Counted from the stretch's first letter, positions 40,587 to 54,292 are shown. The stretch is 64,000 nt of DNA from Eledone cirrhosa (GCA_964016885.1 OZ024761.1:19716001-19780000); one strand, 5' to 3'. The notes: generated from the sequence alone by a model not told the origin. Numbers and translations: made by a program.

Positions 40587-41118
40587 TAGGGGCATGCAAC
40601 AGGCGGCCCGCGGAACACAATCCGGCTTGCCAGACCAGTCAGAGTGGCCCGCGATGACTGTTTTTAATATTTACCTTGTAGGTTTATTTAGAATTTTTTT
40701 TTGTAACCGAAATACAATTTTCTGTTAGTTGACCTATACTAAAGGGCTTCACTGATAGGGTTATGTATTATAATTTCCCAGTTGACCTATACTAAAGGGC
40801 TTCACTGATAGGGTTATGTATTATAATTTCCCAGTTGACCTATACTAAAGGGCTTCACTGATAGGGTTATGTATTATAATTTCCCAGTTGACCTATACTA
40901 AAGGGCTTCACTGATAGGGTTATGTATTATAATTTCCCAGTTGACCTATACTAAAGGGCTTCACTGATAGGGTTATCTGTGTTATAATTTCCCAGTTCCA
41001 TGTTATGGAAAGAAGTTGTGGTGAATCTATGGAATAGTGCTTAATAAATGTTAATGGCCCTAATAGTTGTTCCAATGTTCAAAAGTGGCCCGCCAATGGA
41101 ATATGTTGCATACCCCTG
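40587..41118. mobile_element. hAT (Charlie-like) non-autonomous element
   Basis: TIRs TAGGGGCATGCAAC / GTTGCATACCCCTG. Perfect 8-bp TSD CTCTAGTC at 40579-40586 and 41119-41126. Confidence 0.9.
40727..40995. repeat. 53-bp tandem repeat, 5 copies, inside the hAT element
   Basis: AGTTGACCTATACTAAAGGGCTTCACTGATAGGGTTATGTATTATAATTTCCC. Confidence 0.95.
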
Positions 41119-42203
41119 CTCTAGTCCATATATAATCTCGGCATTTTTTGCTTGACACTTATAGTGGGCTGAAAAATCATCTCTTGGCAATGTCCAGCAA
41201 TAGTCTGCAAGCATTGTTTTGCTCCATTTTCCCTGGTACCGGTTTTCCATGGTTGAAATATCTTGGTGAAACCTATCACCATGTTTGTCATTTACTGCCC
41301 CACAGTTCGCTGGAAAAAAAAGTGTAAATGAGATTCCAAAAAGTGGATTTTAAGTGACATGTTACATTCCATATTCTTGTAATCCTTGATGAGGTTTTCC
41401 ACCAATTCTTCAATGGTTCCTTCCCTTCTGTTTCCGAGAAATCCCTTCGCCACTAGCTTCAATGCTTCCCAAGCAGCTTTCTCCTCCCCATGAAGGGCTG
41501 ATTCAAAGTCACTATCTTTAAGAAGCTCTCGCATCTGAGGACCAATGAAGACTCCCTCTCTTATCTTAGCATCGCTTAGTGCGGTGAATTTTGATGTTAA
41601 AACATTGAATCCCTGACCGGATTTGTCCATAGCTTTTATAAAATGTTTCCTGAGTCCCAGTTTTATGTGTAGCGGTGGTAGCAACATTTAGTTTGGTTCA
41701 GTGAGAGGTGGATGTTGAACATTTTCCCTCCCAGGCTCCAATGATTGATGAGGTAGCCAGTCTCTCCTAATATAGGAGGAACCTCTTGCATGGCTGCCCC
41801 ATTCACACAGAAAGCAGCAGTACTTGGTTTATCTGCCCTGCAAGCTATATGTGATGTATAACCTGCAGGAATTGATGGTTCACTATTACCATTATGCAGC
41901 AAGACACCTTTCAGACTAGATTTTGATGAATCTATGAACAGCCTTCAGTGACTGGGTTCGTATTCAATACCAAGTGCTTCCATCAGACCATTCATATTGT
42001 TACAGGCCAATAAATCATCTTCCATTATGAAGAAATTGCTGAACTGTTGCTGACGGTCACGAAATTTTGAAATCTTCACACCAGCTGCTAGGAGATTCCA
42101 CTGTTCAAGATGAGAGCTTAGCAACTCTGCTTTATTCTTCAATAGTTATAGATCCCTAACAAGGTCATGGAGTTCGCCTTCTGTCATGAGATGTAGTCTA
42201 GAG

Positions 42204-42369
42204 CAGGCATGTCAAACTGAGGGTCTCCTGAAGGCCACATGAGTCACATATGTGTTGTCTGAGGGCCACACATGACAACTAATTACGCACATTACAACTA
42301 ATTTTACCAAGATAAAACATGTTTTGCGCTGTAAAAATCTTTGTGCGGGCCACATGTTTCACATGCCTG
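42204..42369. mobile_element. hAT (Charlie-like) MITE
   Basis: TIRs CAGGCATGTCAAAC / GTTTCACATGCCTG. Perfect 8-bp TSD GTCTAGAG. Confidence 0.9.
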
Positions 42370-42851
42370 GTCTAGAGGAGTGTGCTCCATCAAAATTATA
42401 TCATTTAGTAGGAAAATAAAATTAATATAAAATGCCTCACATGCATATCAATAGCCTGCTCAATAAATACTTATTATGTGTACTTAGGTGTACTTATTCA
42501 CGTGACAGTCATCAATCAACCAAATTATAATTTTTTTTTGTTAAACAGTAATTCGAGCCATTCTTTCCACGATTTCCATGTGCCCACAAAGTCAGAAAAC
42601 AGCACAGTTCCCATGACTTTCAGAAACATTTTTCCACACTCAGAGTTGCTGAAGCATGAAACAAACTACCTGCATCAGTTGTTAGCTGTCGAGACACTGC
42701 ATCCTTTAAAACCTCCATGCTTCCCGAGATTCGCCAACACTTCACCTAATGTTCCCCCTCCATACACATAAACACATGTATATTCACTTTCCTGACATTT
42801 GTATATTATTCTATGTACTATACGAGTTGTAGTGCACTTTACACAATAATT

Positions 42852-42892
<41 letters not shown>

Positions 42893-43196
42893 AGTTTAAA
42901 AAGTGTTTGACTAGGAAAATCACCTACCTTTCACCTCAATATATAAACTTGCACAGCAGAATCACCTCTTATGATTGTTGGAATAATACTGAAGGACAGT
43001 GGAACTGTGAGTGTGGTAAGAAAGACACTGCTGCAAGCCTGCTGGAGCCTGATGTAACCTGTAGGTGTATGTTGAAAAGTAGAGCTAACAAACAGTTTTA
43101 ACTGTGATATTCACTATCAGTGACATAACATTAGTTGGAAATTGCTACTTTGGTCTCAGAAGTATTTTGGTTGTTGACCAGTGTTGTCATTAAATC

Positions 43197-43523
43197 CTTC
43201 TTCTTCTTCTTCTTCTTCTTCTTCTTCTTCTTCTTCTTCTTCTTCTTCTTCTTTGCCTTCTTCTTCTTTGCCTTCTCCTTTGCCTTCTTCTTCTTCTTCT
43301 TCTTCTTCTTCTTCTTCTTCTTCTTCTTCTTCTTCTTCTTCTTCTTCTTCTTCTTCTTCTTCTTCTTTGCCTTCTCCTTTGCCTTCTCCTTTGCCTTCTT
43401 CTTTGCCTTCTTCTTCTTCTTCTTCTTCTTCTTCTTCTTCTTCTTCTTCTTCTTCTTTGCCTTCTTCTTCTTCTTCTTCTTCTTCTTCTTCTTCTTCTTC
43501 TTCTTCTTCTTCTTCTTCTTCTT
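43197..43523. repeat. (TTC)n microsatellite with TTTGCC interruptions
   Basis: Direct inspection. Confidence 0.95.
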
Positions 43524-44504
43524 GAGAAGGTCATGGGGGGCAGAGTCTTCAGACACTCCTTCCAGCAAGTCTAGTCAGAAGCCACCATCGTCGACTGATC
43601 CCACTGGATCCCCAAGCGAGACTACCAAGCTCATAGTCAATGTTATCCAACCATCTTTACTCGGGGTGGGTCTCCCACAGGTTGGTTTTTGCCTGTAAAA
43701 AATCTGTCCATCAATCTTTCCTGAGACATTCTAAAGTTGTCACAAGGCCAGTAATTTAGAGGGAAATGGAAAGTCATTTATATCGACCCTAGTGTGTGAC
43801 TGGTATTTTATCTCCTTGACTCTTCGAATTATGAAAGGCAAAGCGGACTTTGATGGGATTTGAAAGTTGTTTCATGAAAGAAGTTTGTCTAATCTTGGTA
43901 CACGGACAGCAATTTGGGAGAAGCGGGGAAGTTGGTGATATCCCACAGGCCAGAGTGGTGAGTGGAATTTCCCAGATTTTCCTGGACTTGTGCCAGTTTT
44001 CTCTTTCTTGTCCCAGTTTTTCTCGGAATTTCCCATATTATCCTCAGATTTACCCAGCCTTTCCAAGGGATTTTTCCAGATTTTGCACGAGCTTTCCCCA
44101 ATGTTTCCTCGGATTTTGCTCGATTTCTCTTGCATCTTTTTCCAATTTTCCTTGAATTTTCCTCGATTTTTCTCGGATTTTCCCCAAATTTTCTCTGATT
44201 TTCTATCGATTTCCCTCAGATTTTCTCCTTGTTTGAACGAGCGTACTCTCAGTATGTAGGATGGAGTGGTGAGTATGGCTCAAGTGAATGGGCCTATTCT
44301 CAGTATGTAGACCGGAGTGGAGAGTATGGTTTAAGTAAACAGGAGTTACTCTATATAGGCTAAAGTGGTGAGTGTGGCTGAAGCGAAGGGCCCTACTCTT
44401 TGTATGCACATACTTCCCCTCCCCGTAGGCCAGAGAATAACAGTTGGGTTAGGTCCTGTGAATGCCACCTTCTCTAAGTCCACTAATCTATATTTTCTAT
44501 AGTG

Positions 44505-44693
44505 TATGAGGGTCGGCTGTAAGGTTCATATGTTATTCAAGATACTCTCATGGAATGGCCAAATGAGGTTTATTTTTCAACATAGCCCCTGGAAGAAAAC
44601 AATAAAAACAGTTGAAAGTAATGAATGCAAGATTACACAGCTCTAATATCATTCCTTCATAGTCAGACTATAAACTTTTCAGCCTACCCTTAA
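44505..44693. mobile_element. mariner-like MITE; fragments at 34683-34768, 45298-45365 and 21850-21880
   Basis: Imperfect inverted ends TATGAGGGTCGGCTG...TTCATA / TATAAACTTTTCAGCCTACCCT, recurring in the window. Confidence 0.6.
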
Positions 44694-44725
44694 GTGTGTT
44701 TATATATATATATATATATATATAT

Positions 44726-45010
44726 CATCATCATCATCATCACCGTTTTACGTCCGTTCTTCCACGCTAGCATGGGTTAGACGCGTTGTCCTGTTGTGGG
44801 CAGTGTCTGGTCGGCTGACCATGCCTTGCTCATACAGGAACTGATCTGGCTTGATTTCTACAGCTGGATGCCCTTCCTAACACCAACCTCATTTACAGTG
44901 AGTGCTGGGTGCTTTTTCGTGGCGCCTACACGTCCACTTTACAGTGTGGGCTGGGTGCTTTTTTGCCGTGGCACCTCCACGACCACCTTGCGGTGGGGAC
45001 ATATTGTTTA
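44726..45010 (-). mobile_element. 3'-UTR-only copy of the 57498 RTE; another copy on + at about 62953-63232
   Basis: Near-identical to 57498-57790, including the AACAATATG segment next to the LINE stop codon. Confidence 0.85.
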
Positions 45011-47819
45011 TATATATATATATATAATATAGAAATGGCTTCTACAGGACTAGAACTATTTCATTCGAAGGAAATCATCAGGAAACCCGACTGTCAATGT
45101 GTTATGGTGGTATTTATACATTTACTGGTGGTTGGGATAGGTGGCGGTCATTGACTGATTGATTTAAAGAATTGGAATTCTTTGAAAAAACTATACTTAG
45201 AGAAAAATACAGAGGGATACAGAGGGATACAGAAGCAGGCACACCTTATTTTTCAAGGTTCAATTATGCTAAGTAGACAAAAGGTGTGCGCACACACATG
45301 GGTCGACCGAAAAGTTCATAAACTGACCAAGATATTCTCATGGAATGACCAAATGAGGTTTATCTTGGCCAGACTATGATCTTTTCAGTCAACCCTCGTA
45401 AATTAGAATCTTCCAACATATTTCTATCTTTTGAGTTTTGTTTAATTTTGTTACAAATACCATTCTTAATAATCACCCTCCCCCTTCATCCCTCCTCTCT
45501 TCTGCGACACCAGAGCTCTTGCCATCCCCTCCCCTTCTTTTTCTTCTTTCTTTCTCTCTATATTTTCCTATTCTTTCTTTCCTTTTGTTTCCCCCCTTTT
45601 AAATTTTTTTCTTTCTAAATAATTAATAATTTTAAGAGAAAGCAGAAACTGGTGGATAGGGCGAGTGGCCAGCAGGGGCATCTTTAGAGGACGAACTCAT
45701 ATGAAGCAATAGTTCTGGCCCTTGATTCCTACTCTAAAACTAACACAAATAGGCATAAAAGTTGGACAAAACAAAAATGTATTCTTTTTATCTGAAAGTA
45801 GGCAGACAGTAGCTACGGATTGAGCGGACAACAAGAGGAAGAACTCACATGAAGCAAGTATTTTGGCTCTTGATTCTCCCCAACACTAAAGGGGGCTTGG
45901 CTCCATCAGGTCATGACTCCTAGGTGTTCATCTGCTGTTTTTTTTACTCTCCTCCAACGTGTGATCTTGTTTTCCATTTCTGTGGTTTACACCACTCAGC
46001 CACAAAGACCATCAGTAGAACTAACACTTCACATCTCTTTAAACCGCTATCAATGTTCGCGACTTGATGTATCCTATCTTAATTCCAGCTGTCATTCCTC
46101 TTTGACCAACGCCACATTGAGCTTTCCTCGGCTGTCTCTGACAGATGTTTCATAGTTGCTGTTCTTTTCCGATTTTTGATTCCAACATGCATTAAATTCC
46201 ATTGGGTTTATTATGCAAATTAGATCATTGCTGTACTTTTCCGAAGTTGACCCGATAGTTGGTACACGGAAGCTGTGACAAATCCTCTTGCACCAACTTC
46301 CATTGGGTTTATTATGCAAATTAGATCATTACTGTACTTTTCTGACCTTTGATTCCAAACTGACCTGATAGTTGAGATATGGAAGCTGTGATAAATCCTT
46401 GTGTACCACTGGGTTTATATTACAAGTTATTAAATTTTTTATTCTGTTAGAAAAATCCTTGTATTTATTGAACAAAAGTTTTATATACAATGATGGAAAT
46501 ATTAAAAAATAAAAAAGGATAAAAGCAAAATCAAGTAAAGAGAGGGGGGGGGCTAAAGAAGAGAGAATCTGGTTGTATAGGTTGTAATGCTAATTATTAA
46601 TTGTTAATTAATTCAAATCCAGTATATTTAATTAGAAATATCGTAAAAAAGATGTAAATTTATTATTTCTTCATTTATTAATTTTCATTGTAGTTTGGAA
46701 GGGTCATGATTCTAATTAAATCATGCCCTGGTCATTTCACCCCCACTCCCCTTAAAGTCAAGAAAGATAACTCTAAATATATAAGAAAGATAGTTATTTC
46801 CCTTGAATAGTTAATACAGGGGAGATAATTCTAATCTTCTTTTCATGCCAAATGTCTGTTGATCGGCAACTATATGGTGAGCAGTTCTGACACATGTGTG
46901 CGCGTCTATGTGTACATATCTGAGAGTGTATGGATGTATGTATGTATGTATGTGTACGTATGTGGATATGTGTGTGTGTATGCATGACATAGTTCCTCGA
47001 CATATATTATTTTAAGGCAAAGCTGACGTCAGTGCGATTTGAACTCAGAACGTAAAGGGACATAATTATATGCCACACATCACATTGTCCGACGCCCTAC
47101 CGATTTTGTCATTCAACCACCCTTTTTTATCATCATCATAATAACGATTTCAAATTTAGGCACAAGGCCAACACTTTTGAGGGAGGGGACGTCAATTAAA
47201 TCGACCCTGGTGCGTTACTGGTACTTTATTTTATCGACCCCGTAAGGATGAAAGATAAAGCTAGCCTCGGCACAATTTGAATACAGAACTTAAAGGCCCA
47301 TAACTCTATGCCACAAAGCATGACCAACGCTCTACTGATTCTGCCAGTCTATCACCCTTTGCACTGATTTAGACAAAAGGCCAACAATTAGAAGGGAATG
47401 GGAGAAAGTTGACGAAATCGACCTCAGTGCGTTACTGGTACTTTATTTTATCGATTACGTAAGGATGAAAGGCAAAGCTAACCTTGGCAGGATTTGAACT
47501 CAGAACGCAAAGGGCCGTAACTACATGCTGTTATCCGTCGCTCTACCGGTTATTACCCTCACCGCCACAATAACAGTTTTTAATAAGGATTAAAGAAAAA
47601 AATATAAACGAGTAAACAAGGGAGACAACTAACTATTATCTTGTATTAACGTGTATAAGGTCAACGAACTTTTAATTAAGCCTTTTATTGCGTCGTATCT
47701 TTAATTACATGAATATATTGTCAAAACAATTTTGTTGTTGTTTTTCGTCCACAGTCAATCCTATTCTAACAGATTTATCATTAAATATATTACAACAATA
47801 ACTCTTTTGTCCTTTTGTA

Positions 47820-47903
<84 letters not shown>

Positions 47904-47906
<3 letters not shown>

Positions 47907-48762
47907 TCATCATCATCATCATCATCATACGTCCGCTTTTCCCTGCTTGCAAGGGTGGGACGAGTCTTATTCAGCACAGCATCTCTCCACTCGTCACGGT
48001 CCCTCGTCATCTCCACCGTGAGCTTCAATGATCTGAGGTCTGTTCTCACCACCTCCGCCCATGTTTTTCGTGGTCTACCTCTACCACGTCTTCCTTCAAC
48101 TGGCAATTCCTGGCACTTCTTCACCCATCGGTCATCCTCCATGCGCATCACATGTCCATACCACCTCAGTCTCCTCTCCCGTACACTACATTCTATCCCT
48201 CTCAGACACAGTTTCTCTCTCAACACATTTATGCTGGGTCGTTCACGCACATTTACACTGCACATCCAACGGAGCATGCTTGCCTCATTTCTCTCCAGCC
48301 GTCGCATATCCTCTGCAGTTGCTGCCCATGTCTCACTACCATGCAGCATCGCGCCCCTCACACAGGCATCATACAACCGGCTTTTCGTACGCAGGGAGAA
48401 ACCCTTCTTCGTCAACAGAGGAAGCAGCTCCCTAAACTTCTTCCAACCCGTCCTTATTCTAGATACTATGGCCTCGGAACACTCTCCTCCCATGCTAATC
48501 TGATCTCCTAGGTACCGGAAGCTATCCACCACTTCTATAGCGCCCTCTTGCATTTGAAAAATGTGTCTATCAGTGCGACTTCTACTGTCTAATTTCCCTG
48601 TACATCTACTGCATACATATTTCTCCCTGCCTGTTAGTTTGCCTGCTATCCCGCTACATCTCTTGTGTACCCAGGATCTGCATTGTGTGCATTTTATAGA
48701 ATTTATGCCAGTTCCTTTTCTGCATATCGAACATGGCCATTTCCCTGACGGAATCAGGGTTT
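47904..48762 (-). mobile_element. 5'-truncated RTE LINE of a second family (PHD finger plus C-terminus), frame open
   Basis: Reads SGKWPCSICRKG...VHKRC...CSRC...VDSFRYLG...[12 protein letters not shown]...GRPRKTW...PTLASREKRT directly into a (GAT)n tail. Confidence 0.92.
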
Positions 48763-49451
48763 ACATATATATATATAGGAACGAGTAGGACCCCGACGGC
48801 TGAGCTCAAGCCGTTTCGACGACTAATTCTGGCTAATTCAGTCCAGAATTAGCCATCGAAACGGCTTGAGCTCAGCCGTCGGGGTCCTACTCGTTCCTAT
48901 TACCAACTCTACTACCCTAAGAATTGAGTACTTTGGTGCGTTATGGTCCACCTGGTTCCTTACCACATTTCCTTCGTTATATATATATATATATATATTT
49001 ATACAAAAAGTTATGAAACGAAAGGAGCTGTGTGGTTACTAAAAACAAGGTTTAGGATGGTGGTTAGGACGGAACAGGAGGAGAAAGGAAGAAAGGAGTT
49101 TCCATCGTCAGCTGTATATATATATATATATACAAGGGATAACAAAATATCGTTATAGGTAATCCAGTTAGAGGTTGTGAATAGTTCTTATTATGGATAG
49201 TTTTAGCGTACGGCATTGTTTGACTCAACAAGAGGTTTACGTAGGTGGCGAGTAATTTGAATATGTAAATTTAACGGATATATATTCTAGTTACCTCCGA
49301 TGATCTGATTAAGCTAACATCGTATTTAAAATTGAGTGGCATTGTTTCTAGTGTTCAGCAATTTTTAGACAACTTAATTAGTGAAACAATTGTCAGACTG
49401 TAAATAAATCCCTTTTTTTGTACTGTTGACCATGTTGTTCTTCATTTTTTC

Positions 49452-49485
<34 letters not shown>

Positions 49486-49672
49486 CGAAGGAAGTATGGT
49501 AAGGAACCAGATGGACCATAACGCATCAGAGTACTCAATACTTAGGGTAGTAGAGTGGGTAACAGGAAAATGGTTAACCCCGACGGCAGAGCTCAAGCCA
49601 TTTCGACGGCTATTTCCGTCCAGAAATAGCCGTCGAAACGGCTTGAGCTCTGCCGTCGGGGTTAAACATTTT

Positions 49673-49773
<101 letters not shown>

Positions 49774-50893
49774 GATATTAGATGAACAAAACGGCGTTTC
49801 TGTTAGAATCGTCTAACTTCGTGAAACCTTTGGTCATGGAATAATTATATTGTGTTGTTTATTACATAATTAAATAGCTCTGTATTATACATAGAGCACT
49901 CTTCTTTCCTTTACCTTTTCTACGGAAATACTTAACATCATCATCATCATCATCATCGTTTAACGTCCATCTTCCACGCTTGCATGGGTTTGGACGGCAA
50001 TTTTCCCACTTGAGGCAAGATTTGCTCGTATAGGCTGGATGCCCTTCCTAACACCAACCACGTTTACAGTGTGGACTGGGAGGTTTTTACCGTGTTACCT
50101 ACACGGCCACATTACAGCGTGGACTGTGTGTTTTTTTGTCGTGACACCTACACGACCCTCATTTGTTTCGGACTGGATGTTGTGGTACCAACATAACTTT
50201 ACATTGAAAGGGGTGGTGTGGATGGGGTGGGGGTAGTGGGACGGACACATATATATATTTAGAGAATTAGGATTTAGCTTCATGCAATAGCGATATACAG
50301 ATATGTATTGGAATTTCGTATTTCTAAAGCAACAGCTTTCTAAACATACTGTATTTCTTTAGAAATACAAAATTCCAATACCATCATCATCATCATCGTT
50401 TAACGTCTATCTTCCACGCTAGCATGGGTTAGACGGAAATTGTCCCACTTGAGGCAAGATTGGTCAGGTGACCGTGTCTCCCTCGTATAGGACTATCTGG
50501 CAGCTTTTCTACGGCTGGATGCCCTTCCTAACACCAACCACATTTACAGAGAAATGGTGGTGTTGGTGGGAGTGGGAAGGTTGAGTAGGGGTAGTGGGTT
50601 GGGGCGTATATATATATATCTATCTGTATGTGTTTGACAGCTGAGAGAAAAGAGTACTCAATACCAGAGGAGAGATTTAATATTCATTTCATTAAGGTTG
50701 AATAGTGAACCTGGTAACTCTGGAGTTTTGCCTGTTTATCACAGGCTCCAAGAAGTAATGTTTCGATTGTAGACACAGTACAAATAAAGGAATATATATA
50801 TATATATATATGTATATTTATATGTGCGTGTGTGTGTATTATATATATGTGTGTGTGTGTGGATAGCTGGAACAAGTAAAATATAATATATAA

Positions 50894-51236
50894 TGGAGGC
50901 ACATGGCTTAGTGGTTAGAGCATTGGCCTTGCAATCGAAAGGTTGTGAGTTCAATTCTCAGACCGGGCGATGTGTTGTTTCCTTGAGCAAGGCACTTTAT
51001 TTCACATTGCTCCAGTTTACTCAGCTGTAGAAAATGAGATGATAGGGACTGGGGTCCCTATCATTCCACTGCAAAGTGGTCGTGGAGGTGACACGGCAAA
51101 AAAGCACCCAGCACTCACTGTAAATGAGGTTGGTATTAGGAAGGGCATCCAGCTGTAGAAATCATGCCAGAATCAGTTCCCGTCCCACCCTTGCAAGCAG
51201 GGAAAAGTGGACGTAAAATGAAATGATGATGAATGA
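50894..51236 (+). mobile_element. Same SINE family
   Basis: Complete head, core and tail; followed by (TA)n. Confidence 0.85.
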
Positions 51237-51317
51237 TATATATATATATCTTGTAATATATATATATATATATTGTAATATATATATATTGTAATATATA
51301 TATATATATTGTAATAT

Positions 51318-51533
51318 GAAGGCGTGTGGCTGAGTGGTTAGAGAATTGGATTCGCAATCGTAAGGTTGTGAGTTCGATTCCTGGACCAGGCGATGCGTTA
51401 TGTCCTTGAGCAAGACACTTTATTTCACGTTGCTCCTTCTACCTGGAGTTGCGACCGATAGATAGTATTAGCAATTGGAAAGACCAACGGAAACATTGTT
51501 CCCTCGGTCCGATTTGACGAAAGTCGATCGTTC
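51318..51533 (+). mobile_element. tRNA/CORE-like SINE variant with a different 3' part; related copies at 32570-32815 and 52195-52397
   Basis: A box TGGCTGAGTGG, B box GTTCGATTCC, the same core, then CTGGAGTTGCGACC...GGAAACATTGTTCCCTCGGTCCGA. Confidence 0.8.
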
Positions 51534-52641
51534 CTTTATATTGTAATATATATATATATATCTTGTAATATATATATATATTGTAATATATATATATATA
51601 TATTGTAATATATATATATATATTGTAATATATATATATATATTGTAATATATATATATATATATTGTAATATATATATATATCTTGTAATATATATATA
51701 TATATTGTAATATATATAAAGTGTAAAAGGGTAAAGCCCCCCCCCCCCTTTGGACGTGAATGACCATGGGATCTGCACCTAGAAAAGTTCCCCTTCTAAG
51801 GCACATGTCTGGGTAAAGTTGTTTGTAGAAAACCAGTAGTTACTTATGTCTCATACCCATCTCCCCTCCCCACACCACCGATATTGACCAAGGGAAAGGC
51901 AATGGCTGATATCCCTCGGCACCAGTGACATAACAACTCATATACACACTATATATACATTATATATACACTGTATATGATGTTGCCCAGGGAAAAGCAA
52001 AGGCCAATACAGTTTGGCACCACTGATGTTTCAACTTGTATATACACTATATATACACTATATATACACTATATATACACTATATATACACTATATATAT
52101 ACATTATATTTCTGGCAATATTATAACAATATTTGTTTCAACACACGATTTCATATAAAAATCTTGCAAAACAAATTCATCGCCGTCACAGCACAAGCTG
52201 AGTGGTTAGAGAACTGGATTCACAACCGTGAGGTTGTCAGTTCAATTCTTGGACCGGGTGATGCGTTTTGTCCTTGAGCAAGGCACTTTATTTCACATTG
52301 CTCCTTCTACCTGGAGTTGCAACCGAAAGATAGTACTAGGAACTGGAAAGAACAACGGAAACATTGTTTCCTCGGTCCGATTTGACGAAAGTTGATTGGG
52401 AAAAAGCAAACATTATATATATACACTGTATATATACAATATATGATGGTGTCCAAGGTAAAGACAATGGTTGATACAGCTTGGCACCAGTGATGTCACA
52501 ACTCATTTTTACAGCTGAGTGAACTGGAGAAACATGAAATAAAGTGTCTTGCTCAAGGACACAAGACATCGCCTGGTCTGGGAATCAAACTCACTTTCAT
52601 ATATTCATTAAAGGCTTTAACTTTGTGTCGTTAATGACTGT

Positions 52642-53887
52642 ATGATGTTGTTGTTGTTATTGTTGTTGTTATTGTTAGTGATGGCAGTGGTGGTGTTGTC
52701 ATTGTTGATAGTGATGTTGTTGTTGTTGTTAGTGATAGTAATAGCTGTGTTTTTATTGTTAGTGGCGATGGTAATGATAGTGTTGTTAGTGATGGTGTTG
52801 TTGTTAGTGATGGTAGTGGTAGTGATGGCGGTGGTGATGGTGATGGCGGTGGTGGTGGTGTTGTTGATGGTGGTGGTGTTGTTGTTGTTAGTGGTGGTGT
52901 TGTTGTTAGTAATGGTAGTGGTCGTGGTGTTGTTGTTGTTGTTGTTGTTAGTGATGGTGGTGGTGGTGTTGTTGATGGTGGTGGTGTTGTTGTTAGTGGT
53001 GGTGTTGTTGTTGTTGTTAGAGGTGGTGTTGTTGATGGTGGTGGTGTTGGTTGTTGTTGTTGCTGTTAGTGGTGGTGTTGTTGTTGTTGCTGTTAGTGGT
53101 GGTGTTGTTGTTAGTGATGGCAGTGGTGGTGTTGTTGATGGTGGTGATGTTGGTTGTTGTTGTTGTTGTTAGTGATGGTAGTGATGGTAGTGATGATGAT
53201 GATGATGTTGTCAGTGTTGTTGTTACTAAAGTTGTCCCCACTTAAATATGAAGTAGTCATTAACACAATAACAAATACATGTCTATATTGTTTTTCTTGT
53301 TTTCTGAAAAAAAACAGTTTATTCTATTAAACAATTACTATCATTATAATCATCATCACCATCATCATCATCATCATCACCATCATCACCATCATCATCA
53401 TCACCATCATCATCATAATTATCATTATCATCATAATCATCATCATTATCATTATCATTATAATCATCATCATCATTATCATTATAATCATCATCATTAT
53501 CATCATCACCATCACCACCACCATCATCATCACCATCACCACCACCATCATCACCATCATCATCACCATTATCATCACCATCATCACCACCATCATCATC
53601 ACCATCACCACCACCATCATCACCATCATCATCACCATTATCATCACCATCATCACCACCATCATCATCACCATCACCACCACCATCATCACCACCATCA
53701 TCACCATCACCACCATCATCAATACCACCATCATCATCACCATCACCACCACCATCATCACCATCATCATCACCATTATCATCACCATCATCATCACCAT
53801 CACCACCATCATCACTACCATCATCACCATCATCATCACCACCATCATCACCATCATCATCATCATCATCACCACCATCATCACCAT
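52642..53887. repeat. (GTT/GGT/GAT)n tract followed by a (CAT/CAC)n tract
   Basis: 52642-53225 and 53338-53887. Confidence 0.9.
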
Positions 53888-54001
53888 GTTTGGGTATTTA
53901 GTTTTATTGATATGGTTCCATCAGCCCATGCAACATTCTCACATATAAGTCACCTCACCCCCTCTCTCACCCTCTTTCTGTTTCTGTCCTCTGTATATGT
54001 A

Positions 54002-54156
<155 letters not shown>

Positions 54157-54205
54157 GTATATATATATGTATATATATATATGTATATATATATGTATAT
54201 GTATA

Positions 54206-54292
<87 letters not shown>

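Larger units (their letters stand above)
40417..42400 (-). mobile_element. Decayed DNA transposon, probably Chapaev3-like, with a transposase pseudogene at about 41130-42195
   Basis: Frameshifted peptides KNKAELLSSHLEQWNLL, LLPPLHIKLGL, EGVFIGPQMR, MSLKIHFLESHL, GAVNDKHGDRFHQDISTMENRYQGKW and MLADYCWTL. Candidate terminus CACTGGTTAAC at 40417. Superfamily assigned from memory of motifs. Confidence 0.7.

Noticed and set aside
43850-44259. ORFs in a pyrimidine-rich degenerate tract
   Set aside because: Loose short tandem repeats such as GATTTTCCC, with no recognisable protein motif.
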